Below are positions 16,794 through 25,806 of a stretch of 32,000 bases of DNA, piece after piece. Under the pieces are notes generated by a model that searched no databases, was not told the origin of the DNA, and saw only the letters and a program-made list of their open reading frames with translations. A program made the translations under genes and the position numbers. Source of the DNA: Micrococcus luteus NCTC 2665 (GTDB lineage: Bacteria; Actinomycetota; Actinomycetes; Actinomycetales; Micrococcaceae); NCBI RefSeq assembly GCF_000023205.1, contig NC_012803.1, positions 1,950,001-1,982,000 of the forward strand, written 5' to 3'. How positions within the stretch are numbered: position 1 is the first letter of the stretch; each line of letters starts with the position of its first letter.

Positions 16794-18115
16794 CGGCCGC
16801 TCCGCCCCGCCAGCCGGGCTGCGAACGCGGGCACGCCGGGTCCCTCGACGGTCCGCCCACCCGCCGCCTCCGTCCCGGGCCGCCACGTGAGGGCGGGCAG
16901 CAGGGCGAACCCGTCGGCGCGCGGGTCCGGGACGGCGAGTTCGACTGGATGCCGCCCGTGGCCGTCGCGGGCGACGTGCAGCACGGCGTCCACGCCGGCG
17001 CGGGCCTGCGCGGCCACCGTCTCGGGCCGCCAGCTGGCCAGGGAGGCCATGGCCGTCAGCCGGGCGGGCACCTCGGCGGCGGCGTTGGCGTGCAGGGTGC
17101 CCCACGCGCCCTGGTGTCCCGTGTTCAGGGCGGTGAGGACGTCGGCCACCTCGGCGCCGCGGCACTCGCCGACCACGAGCCGGTCCGGCCGCATCCGCAG
17201 CGCGTGGCGGACGAGCTCGGCCAGTCCGACCTCGCCGGCGCCCTCCGCGTTGGCGGCGCGGCACTGCAGGGCGACCACGTGCGGGTGATCGGGCGCGGCC
17301 TCGGCCGTGTCCTCCACGACGACGATCCGTTCGTCCCCCGGCACCCGGCCGAGGGCCGCGGAGAGCAGCGTGGTCTTGCCCGCCCCGGTCGCGCCGCTGA
17401 CCAGGACGGTGGCACGGTCGCGCACGAGCGCCTCGAGGGCGTCGGCCCAGAGGGCGCCGTCCGGCCAGCCGTCGGCCAGCGCGGTCAGCGACGGCGTCGT
17501 CGCGGCCGGGATCCGCAGGCTCAGCAAGGTGCCGCCGCCGCTGACCGGGGGCAGGACCGCGTGGACGCGCACGCCGCCCACGCGGGCGTCGGCCAGCGGC
17601 ACCGCCGCGTCGAGGCGCCGGCCGGCCCGGTGCAGCAGCCGCACCGCGAGCGCCCGGGCGGTCTCGGGGTCGAGCCGACCGGGGCGGCGGACGAGGCCCT
17701 CGTCCCCGTCGGTCCACACCGCGCCCGCGCCGTCCACGAGCACGTCGGTCACGCCCGGGGTGCGCACCCAGGGTGCGAGCGGGCCGAAGCCGTCGAGCTC
17801 ATCGACCAGCGCCGCCACGCGCGGGTCGTCGATCGGCGCGTCGAGGGCCTCGGCGATCAGCGGGACCAGCGGCGGCTCCGCCCCGTCTGCGGCCGACGCA
17901 CGGGCCTCGGCCACGCGCCGGCGCACGACGGCGGCGTCCAGCCCGCCGGGGCCCGCTGCGGGTGCGGCCAGCGGCGGCGCGGCGACCTGCGTGCGTTCCG
18001 GCTCGGCCGGGTCAGTGCGGGGCCACGGGAACCGTCGGCTGCCCTCGGGCGGGGCGGGGCGGCGGCGGCGGCCCCGGGGCGGGCGGGCCGGGGCGGCGGG
18101 GACGAACGGGCGCAT
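16790..18115 (-). CDS. TadA/CpaF-type secretion ATPase (Rv3659c-like)
   Basis: It has Walker A VSGATGAGKTTLL, Walker B/Asp box RIVVVEDTAE, ...RMRPDRLVVGECRGAE... and ...LNTGHQGAWGTLHAN (His box). Start set at ATG 18115, which has AGGAGG 7 nt upstream. The N-terminal ~90 aa are Pro/Arg/Ala-rich. Confidence 0.9.
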   Translation of the reverse strand: MRPFVPAAPARPPRGRRRRPAPPEGSRRFPWPRTDPAEPERTQVAAPPLAAPAAGPGGLDAAVVRRRVAEARASAADGAEPPLVPLIAEALDAPIDDPRVAALVDELDGFGPLAPWVRTPGVTDVLVDGAGAVWTDGDEGLVRRPGRLDPETARALAVRLLHRAGRRLDAAVPLADARVGGVRVHAVLPPVSGGGTLLSLRIPAATTPSLTALADGWPDGALWADALEALVRDRATVLVSGATGAGKTTLLSAALGRVPGDERIVVVEDTAEAAPDHPHVVALQCRAANAEGAGEVGLAELVRHALRMRPDRLVVGECRGAEVADVLTALNTGHQGAWGTLHANAAAEVPARLTAMASLASWRPETVAAQARAGVDAVLHVARDGHGRHPVELAVPDPRADGFALLPALTWRPGTEAAGGRTVEGPGVPAFAARLAGRSGR

Positions 18116-18138
18116 GGCGGGCCTCCTGCGGGTCGGGG

Positions 18139-18163
18139 CGGCGGCCGCGGTCCGCGGCCGCCG
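18139..18163. other. Perfect 12+1+12 GC palindrome (CGGCGGCCGCGG-T-CCGCGGCCGCCG) between the Nudix gene and tadA
   Basis: I checked all 12 base pairs by hand. It lies 12 nt upstream of the tadA RBS and about 110 nt downstream of the Nudix stop. It could be a terminator/insulator hairpin or a protein-binding palindrome. Confidence 0.35.
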
Positions 18164-18241
18164 GCCCGTCCAGTCCACCGTCCCGCCCGGGCGCCTGCGC
18201 CCCCGGCCCCGCCGCTGGGGACACGGGCCCGCCCTCCGGCG

Positions 18242-18259
18242 CCTGTGCAGGAGCGGACG
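18242..18259 (-). repeat. Copy 2 of the 18-nt intergenic motif (plus strand CCTGTGCAGGAGCGGACG)
   Basis: See 15629-15646. Confidence 0.35.
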
Positions 18260-18273
18260 GCGGCGCGCAGCCG

Positions 18274-19083
18274 TCAGCCGCGCAGGATCCGGTGGGTCCG
18301 CGCGTCACGCACGCGGGAGTCGTCCCACGGCACGTCCCAGCCCAGCAGTGCCAGCACACGGTCCAGCAGCGCCGCCGTGAACCCCCACACCAGGCGCTCG
18401 CCCACGAGAAAGCCCGGCGTCTCGCCGCGTCGCCCGCCGGGCCGGGCCACGCGGCACCGGTTCGCGGGGTCCACCAGGTCCGCGACCGGCATCCGGAACA
18501 CGGCCGCGGCCTCGGCCTGGTCGACCACCGCCACGCGACTGGGGTCCCGCCACCACCCGAGCACCGGGTGCACCACGTTCCCGGAGACCACCACCGGCAC
18601 CGCCGGCAGCACGCCCAGGACCTCCACGCCGGCCGGGTCCAAGCCGGTCTCCTCCTGCGCCTCGCGCAGGGCCGTGGCCACGACGTCGGCGTCCTCGGGG
18701 TCGACGCGACCGCCGGGGAACGCGATCTGCCCTGCGTGCTGGCGCAGGGTGGCGGCGCGCTGGGTCAGCAGCACGTCCACGTGCGGGTGCACGCGCTCGG
18801 CGTCGTGACGGGCGGGGACGTCGTCGAGGGCGCCGAACAGGATCAGCACGGCGGAGGGGCGCGGATCGCCGGACCGGGGCCAGTCGAAGCCCCACATCGG
18901 CACGGCCTCGGGCGGGATTGTGGTGAGCGAGGCCGGGTCGTGGTGACCGGGCGCGTCCGCAGGGGCCGCGCCCCACCGCGCCACGAGCTCCGCCAGCTGG
19001 TCCCGCGCACCCGCCAGGGACGCGTCGGACGTCCCGACGGCGTCGCGGGAGGTCGGGCGGGGGCTCGCGGGGGTCTCAGACAT
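18274..19083 (-). CDS. NUDIX hydrolase, CoA pyrophosphatase-like
   Basis: 269 aa with a canonical Nudix box FPGGRVDPEDADVVATALREAQEETGL. It lies near nth, as in mycobacteria (Rv3672c-like). Confidence 0.85.
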   Translation of the reverse strand: MSETPASPRPTSRDAVGTSDASLAGARDQLAELVARWGAAPADAPGHHDPASLTTIPPEAVPMWGFDWPRSGDPRPSAVLILFGALDDVPARHDAERVHPHVDVLLTQRAATLRQHAGQIAFPGGRVDPEDADVVATALREAQEETGLDPAGVEVLGVLPAVPVVVSGNVVHPVLGWWRDPSRVAVVDQAEAAAVFRMPVADLVDPANRCRVARPGGRRGETPGFLVGERLVWGFTAALLDRVLALLGWDVPWDDSRVRDARTHRILRG

Positions 19084-19090
19084 GGCCCCC

Positions 19091-19096
19091 ACGCTA
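19091..19096 (-). promoter_or_regulatory. Candidate -10 hexamer TAGCGT, 7 nt upstream of the Nudix ATG (leaderless-type)
   Basis: The minus strand reads ggcggcTAGCGTgggggccATG. The whole divergent intergenic region is only 36 bp. Confidence 0.35.
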
Positions 19097-19107
19097 GCCG
19101 CCGGTCG

Positions 19108-19113
19108 TAGCCT
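19108..19113 (+). promoter_or_regulatory. Candidate -10 hexamer TAGCCT, 6 nt upstream of ATG 19120 (leaderless-type)
   Basis: The sequence reads cggtcgTAGCCTcgggacATG. Confidence 0.35.
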
Positions 19114-19119
19114 CGGGAC

Positions 19120-20325
19120 ATGACGGCTCCCCTGACCTCGCCCCCGGCGGCCACCGCGTCCCCGGATCCGGTGGACGTCGCGGTGATCGGCGCCGGCCAG
19201 GCCGGACTGGCGGCCGGGTACTTCCTGGCGCGGGCCGCGCGGGACGTCGGCCGCGGACGCCGGCCGGGCCCGCCGCCGTCGTTCGTCCTGCTCGACGCGT
19301 CCGCCCGGCCCGGCGGCGCGTGGCCGCACCACTGGGACTCCCTGCGCCTGTTCTCCCCCGCCGAGCACTCCTCCCTGCCGGGCCGACCCATGCCGCCGTC
19401 GCCCGGCCCCGGCACCCCGGACGCCGGGCACGTCGTCGCGTACCTGGCCGACTACGAGGACCGCTACGGGCTGCCGGTGCGCCGGGGCGTGCGTGTCGCG
19501 GAGGTGACGCACGACGCCGCCGCGTCCCCTCCGTTCACCCTGCAGCTCGAGGACGGCACGGCCCTGGGCGCCCGCGCGGTGGTCTCCGCCACCGGCTCGT
19601 TCACCCGCCCGTTCATGCCGGCCCTCCCGGGCGTCGACCACTTCGGCGGCACGCAGCGGCATTCCGCCGCGTACCGCTCCCCCGACGCGTTCACCGGGCG
19701 GCACGTCCTCGTGGTGGGCGGCGGCAACTCGGGCGCCCAGATCGCGGCGGACCTGCTGCTGGCGGGTGTCGCCACCACGTGGGCCACCCGGCGTCCGCCC
19801 CGGTTCATGCCGGACGACGTGGACGGGCGGGTGCTCTTCGATCGGGCCTCGGCGCGCGTGCTGGGCCGCTCCGAGGCGCGCGTGGGCGACCTCGGGGACA
19901 TCGTCATGGTGCCCTCGGTGATCCGCGCCCGCGACGGGGCCGGGCTCCACGCGGTCCCCGCGCCCACCGCGCTCACGCCGGACGGCGTCCGCTGGGACCA
20001 CGACGCCGGCGCGAGCCACGGCTGGCCCGCCGCCAACCGCGCCGCGGCCCGGGTGCGCGGCGCCGAGCACCCGGTGGACGACATCGTCTGGTGCACGGGC
20101 TTCCGGGCGGACCTGCGCCATCTGCGGGGCCTCGAGCTGACCCGCCACCCCTCCGGGGCGCCGGCGACGGAGCGTGCACTGCCGACCGCCTCGGTGGACG
20201 TGCCGGGGCTGCACCTGCTCGGCTACGACGACTGGTGCGGGGCCGCCTCGGCCACGCTCGCGGGCGTGGGGGCTCACGCGCGCCGGGCGGTCGCCGCGAT
20301 CCTCGCGGGTCTCACCGAAGGCTGA
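19120..20325 (+). CDS. FAD/NAD(P)-binding oxidoreductase (flavin monooxygenase / pyridine nucleotide-disulfide oxidoreductase-like)
   Basis: 401 aa with two dinucleotide-binding motifs, VAVIGAGQAGLAAG and LVVGGGNSGAQIA. Confidence 0.8.
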   Translation: MTAPLTSPPAATASPDPVDVAVIGAGQAGLAAGYFLARAARDVGRGRRPGPPPSFVLLDASARPGGAWPHHWDSLRLFSPAEHSSLPGRPMPPSPGPGTPDAGHVVAYLADYEDRYGLPVRRGVRVAEVTHDAAASPPFTLQLEDGTALGARAVVSATGSFTRPFMPALPGVDHFGGTQRHSAAYRSPDAFTGRHVLVVGGGNSGAQIAADLLLAGVATTWATRRPPRFMPDDVDGRVLFDRASARVLGRSEARVGDLGDIVMVPSVIRARDGAGLHAVPAPTALTPDGVRWDHDAGASHGWPAANRAAARVRGAEHPVDDIVWCTGFRADLRHLRGLELTRHPSGAPATERALPTASVDVPGLHLLGYDDWCGAASATLAGVGAHARRAVAAILAGLTEG

Positions 20326-20346
20326 GCGGGCAGGCCGGGCGCTCAG
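20322..20346. terminator. Small bidirectional hairpin whose arms contain both convergent stop codons (cTGAgcg ... cgcTCAg)
   Basis: 7-bp inverted repeat CTGAGCG/CGCTCAG with an 11-nt spacer, between the oxidoreductase and nth genes. Confidence 0.3.
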
Positions 20347-21149
20347 GCCTCCAGCCCGTGGCCGAGGGCGCGCAGCTCCCGGCGCGTCCGCCCCGCGCGC
20401 AGGAGCTCGAGCAGCTCCTCCCGGCCGGGCTTGAGCTCGTAGGCCAGCAGGGCGCGCGCCCGCTCGGGGTCGGTCTCCCCCGCGCCGTAGGACGGGCACC
20501 AGCGGGCGATCGGGCACGCCCCGCACGCCGGGCGGCGCGCGTGGCACACGCGGCGGCCGTGGAAGATCAGCCGGTGGGAGAGCATCGTCCAGTCCCGGCG
20601 GGGGAACAGGGCGCCCACGGCGTGCTCGACCTTCACCGGGTCGGTCTCGTCCGTGAACCCCAGGCGCCGGGCGAGCCGGCCGAAGTGCGTGTCCACGGTG
20701 ATCCCGGGCTGGCCGAAGGCGTTGCCGAGCACCACGAACGCGGTCTTGCGGCCCACCCCGGGCAGCGCCACGAGGTCCTCGAGACGGGCGGGGACCTCGC
20801 CGTCGTGCCGGCCCACGAGCTCCTGGGACAGCCGCAGGATCGCGGAGGCCTTGTTCCGGTAGAACCCCGTGGAGCGCACGAGCTCCTGCAGCTCGGGCTC
20901 GGTGGCCGCGGCCATCGCGTGGGCATCCGGGAAGCGGGCGAACAGCGCCGGCGTGGCTGCGTTGACCCGCACGTCGGTGGTCTGGGCGGACAGCACCGTG
21001 GCCACGAGCAGCTCGAACGGCGTCTCGAAGTCCAGCTCGGCGACGGCGTACGGGTACGTCTCGGCCAGGATCCGGTCGATCCGCCGCGCCCGGCGCACCA
21101 GGGCCAGCCGGGTCTCCCCGGTCGGCGTGCCCGTCGACTCCGTCTCCAT
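20343..21149 (-). CDS. nth: Endonuclease III
   Basis: 268 aa with Hh[17 protein letters not shown]...VDTH and a 4Fe-4S loop C-x6-C-x2-C-x5-C ([17 protein letters not shown]). A GGGAGGA RBS precedes ATG 21149. Confidence 0.93.
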   Translation of the reverse strand: METESTGTPTGETRLALVRRARRIDRILAETYPYAVAELDFETPFELLVATVLSAQTTDVRVNAATPALFARFPDAHAMAAATEPELQELVRSTGFYRNKASAILRLSQELVGRHDGEVPARLEDLVALPGVGRKTAFVVLGNAFGQPGITVDTHFGRLARRLGFTDETDPVKVEHAVGALFPRRDWTMLSHRLIFHGRRVCHARRPACGACPIARWCPSYGAGETDPERARALLAYELKPGREELLELLRAGRTRRELRALGHGLEA

Positions 21150-21323
21150 CCGCGTGTCCTCCCGCCCTCGTGCGATCCGCTCAGGTCCGACCATCCTAGG
21201 GAGCGGGGCGCATGCCGACGTCCACACCGGGTCCGGCCCCCGCTTCCGGGCGCGATGCGACACACAGGACCCGAGGATTTGTGGCGACGACGCCGCGCGC
21301 GGCATGCTGAGGCGGGAGACTAG

Positions 21324-21339
21324 TGTGGGACGCGTCACA
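21324..21339. promoter_or_regulatory. Candidate CRP/GlxR-type operator TGTGGGACGCGTCACA upstream of acs
   Basis: 9/10 match to TGTGA-N6-TCACA. It lies 45 nt upstream of the acs ATG and overlaps a TANNNT hexamer (TAGTGT, 21321-21326). Confidence 0.45.
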
Positions 21340-21383
21340 TCCGCGCCACGCACCGACCGCACCACCCCGAAAGGACCCCGTCG

Positions 21384-23324
<1,941 letters not shown>

Positions 23325-23331
23325 GCCGGCA

Positions 23332-23385
23332 CGACGACGCCGCCCCCGGTCCGCACGCTGCGTGCGGTCCGGGGCGGCGTCGTCG
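23332..23385. terminator. Long GC-rich bidirectional hairpin between convergent acs and the gntR-like gene
   Basis: Hand-paired: 24 bp of stem (7+6+11) with one T-T mismatch, one C bulge and a 3-nt loop. It starts 8 nt after the acs stop. There is no U tract, as is common in actinobacteria. Confidence 0.55.
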
Positions 23386-23400
23386 GTGGGCGGGCCCGGC

Positions 23401-23850
23401 TCAGGCGCGGGCGGCCGCGTCCCGGCGGACCAGCTCCACGGCCTCGTCGGGCGTGTAGCCGAGGCGCTCGAGCAGGGTGTCGAGACAGCGGCGCACCGCC
23501 TGGTGCGCGGCGTCCGCGCGGGCGTCGGCCGAGGCGGCCACGAACGTGCCCGCGCGCCCCCGGGTGCGGATGGTGCCGTGCGCCTCGAGCTCCTTGTAGG
23601 CCCGGGCCACGGTGCCCGGTGCCACGCCGAGCTCGGCGGCGAGCGCGCGCACGGGCGGCAGTCGGTCCCCGCGGGCGAGGGATCCGGAGGCGACGCCGGC
23701 CAGGACCGCATCCACGATCTGCCGGTAGGGCGGGGCCGACAGGCTCCCGTCCACCGCCACGACCGGCAGGGAGGCGGAGACCACGCCCGCGGCCCCGCCG
23801 GCGACCGGGGCCGCGGACGGGGCCGCCGCGGACGGACCGGGGGCCCTCAT
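23401..23850 (-). CDS. GntR family (short, YtrA-like) transcriptional regulator
   Basis: It has a winged-HTH block [65 protein letters not shown] and a short C-terminal region. I prefer ATG 23850 (4 nt after the upstream stop) over ATG 23883 (29-nt overlap). Confidence 0.8.
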   Translation of the reverse strand: MRAPGPSAAAPSAAPVAGGAAGVVSASLPVVAVDGSLSAPPYRQIVDAVLAGVASGSLARGDRLPPVRALAAELGVAPGTVARAYKELEAHGTIRTRGRAGTFVAASADARADAAHQAVRRCLDTLLERLGYTPDEAVELVRRDAAARA

Positions 23851-23854
23851 CGTC

Positions 23855-24040
23855 TCACCGGTGCTGCGCGTCGAGACGGCCATCCTCGCGCTCCCACACG
23901 GCGGGGGCCAGTTCGTCCTCGATGGCGAGATCGCCCGAGGAGTCGTCCGGGTGGCGGAGCAGGTGGATGGCGGAGACCGCGAGGCCGCCCCACACCAGGA
24001 GGATGGCCAGGGACATCATGACGATCGCTGCGGTGCTCAT
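23855..24040 (-). CDS. Small single-TM subunit associated with an NSS transporter (MetS-like small subunit of a methionine/alanine importer)
   Basis: 61 aa starting MSTAAIVMMSLAILLVWGGLAVSAIHLL, followed by an acidic tail. It starts 3 nt after the transporter stop. It resembles the small subunit of the Corynebacterium MetPS pair, as I recall it. Confidence 0.65.
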   Translation of the reverse strand: MSTAAIVMMSLAILLVWGGLAVSAIHLLRHPDDSSGDLAIEDELAPAVWEREDGRLDAQHR

Positions 24041-24043
24041 CGG

Positions 24044-25687
24044 TCAGAGCTCCTTCCGGGTGGCGGCCGCGGGCACCACCGGCAGGGCGCCGGTGGGGAC
24101 GGTGCCCTCGGGCACGGCGTTGTGCGGGATGAGGTCGCCGTGGATCTCGCTGTCCAGGTCCTCCGCGTAGAGGTTGGACTTGCGGGACCACGGGATCAGG
24201 GAGAGCAGGACGGCCAGGGCGACGGAGCCGAGCGCGATGCCCCAGCCGAAGACGCCGAGGAAGTCGCCCGGGTAGCCCTCATAGCCCTCCGCGATCACCT
24301 TCATGATCCAGGAGAGCCAGATGTAGGCGAGCACGATCGGCATGAGCACGCCGATCAGCAGCACGTACCCGCGGCCGACCTTGAAGGAGGAGACGGCGTT
24401 GAGGTGCGCCGTGATGCGGCGGGCCGAGCCCAGTGCGCCGGTGACCAGGAGCACCGACAGGAGCGCCGCGCCCACGATGCCGAAGTTGTTGGCGAACGCG
24501 TCCATGGTGTCGAGCATCTGCAGGCCCGTGGTGGTGGAGAACAGGGCGAGGGAGACCACCCCGGACAGGCCGATCACGACGATCGTGGCCGTCCAGCGGC
24601 CCCAGCCGAGCTTGTCCTTCACGGCGGAGATGACGACCTCGAGGATCGAGATCAGCGAGGTGAAGCCGGCGACCACGAGCGAGCCGAAGAACAGCACGCC
24701 GATCAGGGCGCCGAGCGGGGCCTGCGAGATCAGGGTGGGGAAGGCGATGAACGCCAGGCCGATGCCGCTGCCGGCCACCTCGGACACGGACACGCCGGAG
24801 GCCTGCGCCATGAAGCCCAGGGCGGAGAACACGCCGATGCCGGCCAGGATCTCGAAGCCCGAGTTGGAGAAGCCGACGACCAGGCCGGAGCCGGTGAGGT
24901 TCGTGCGGCGGTTGAGGTAGGAGGCGTAGGTGATCATGATGCCGAAGCCGACGGACAGCGAGAAGAAGATCTGGCCGTAGGCGGCGATCCAGACGCCGGG
25001 GTCCGCGAGCGCGGCCCAGTTCGGCGTGAACAGGGCGTCCAGGCCCTGGGCGGCGCCCGGCAGGGTGAGGGCGATGCCGACGAGGATCAGGAACATCACG
25101 ATGAGCAGCGGGATGCCGACCATCGAGGCCAGGGCCACGCCCCGGCGCACGCCGAAGCCCATGATGAGCAGCGTGATCACCCAGACGGCGAGCATGGGCC
25201 AGAAGACGCCCGAGACGAAGTCGAAGGACGGGGACGGGTCGTCGGCGACCCGCAGGTAGTCGCCCATGAGGAAGGTCTCCGGGTCCTCGCCCCACCGCTG
25301 GTCCACGGAGAACCAGGTGTACATGATCGCCCAGCCGATGATCGCGGCGTAGTAGATCCCGATGACGACGCAGATGAGCACCTGCCACCAGCCGACGGCC
25401 TCGGTCCACCGGGACAGGCGCCGGAACGCCAGAGGCGCGGAGCCGCGGAAGCGGTGGCCGATCGCGTAGTCGAAGAACAGCAGCGGGATGCCCGCCGTGA
25501 GCAGCGCGATCAGGTAGGGGATGACGAACGCGCCGCCGCCGTTCTCATAGGCGACGTAGGGGAAGCGCCAGATGTTGCCGAGGCCCACGGCGGAGCCGAT
25601 GGCCGCCAGGATGAAGGCCCACCGGCCGGTGAACTCCTCCCGGGTGCGCTTCGGCGCCGTGGCGGGCGCGGAGACGGTGCTGGACAT
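24044..25687 (-). CDS. Sodium-dependent NSS (SNF) family transporter (MetP-like)
   Basis: 547 aa. It has the N-terminal signature WAFILAAIGSAVGLGNIWRFPYVAYENGGGAFVIPY and about 11-12 hydrophobic segments. GGAGG lies 7 nt upstream of ATG 25687. Confidence 0.9.
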   Translation of the reverse strand: MSSTVSAPATAPKRTREEFTGRWAFILAAIGSAVGLGNIWRFPYVAYENGGGAFVIPYLIALLTAGIPLLFFDYAIGHRFRGSAPLAFRRLSRWTEAVGWWQVLICVVIGIYYAAIIGWAIMYTWFSVDQRWGEDPETFLMGDYLRVADDPSPSFDFVSGVFWPMLAVWVITLLIMGFGVRRGVALASMVGIPLLIVMFLILVGIALTLPGAAQGLDALFTPNWAALADPGVWIAAYGQIFFSLSVGFGIMITYASYLNRRTNLTGSGLVVGFSNSGFEILAGIGVFSALGFMAQASGVSVSEVAGSGIGLAFIAFPTLISQAPLGALIGVLFFGSLVVAGFTSLISILEVVISAVKDKLGWGRWTATIVVIGLSGVVSLALFSTTTGLQMLDTMDAFANNFGIVGAALLSVLLVTGALGSARRITAHLNAVSSFKVGRGYVLLIGVLMPIVLAYIWLSWIMKVIAEGYEGYPGDFLGVFGWGIALGSVALAVLLSLIPWSRKSNLYAEDLDSEIHGDLIPHNAVPEGTVPTGALPVVPAAATRKEL

Positions 25688-25718
25688 GCAGGACCTCCGA
25701 GGGTCGGGGAAACTCGAG

Positions 25719-25734
25719 TGTGACGGATGCCACA
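25719..25734. promoter_or_regulatory. Candidate CRP/GlxR-type operator TGTGACGGATGCCACA upstream of the NSS transporter operon
   Basis: 9/10 match to TGTGA-N6-TCACA. It lies 32 nt upstream of the ATG and overlaps the minus-strand TANNNT hexamer TATTGT (25732-25737). Confidence 0.45.
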
Positions 25735-25753
25735 ATAGTCGACGCGGGCCGTT

Positions 25754-25768
25754 ACCGGACAGTCCGGT
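25754..25768. repeat. Perfect 15-bp palindrome ACCGGAC-A-GTCCGGT downstream of marP
   Basis: Seen directly in the sequence. It is too short-looped to be a strong terminator and could be a weak hairpin or a binding site. Confidence 0.25.
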
Positions 25769-25806
25769 CCGGAATGCGGGCGTCAGGCGCGTGGCGCGGC
25801 GCCGGC

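Noticed and set aside
23851-23883. Alternative upstream start (ATG 23883) for the GntR-like gene
   Set aside because: It would overlap the MetS-like gene by 29 nt, and the added residues (MAVSTRSTGET) carry no signal. ATG 23850 leaves a 4-nt gap. I cannot exclude it without experimental data.
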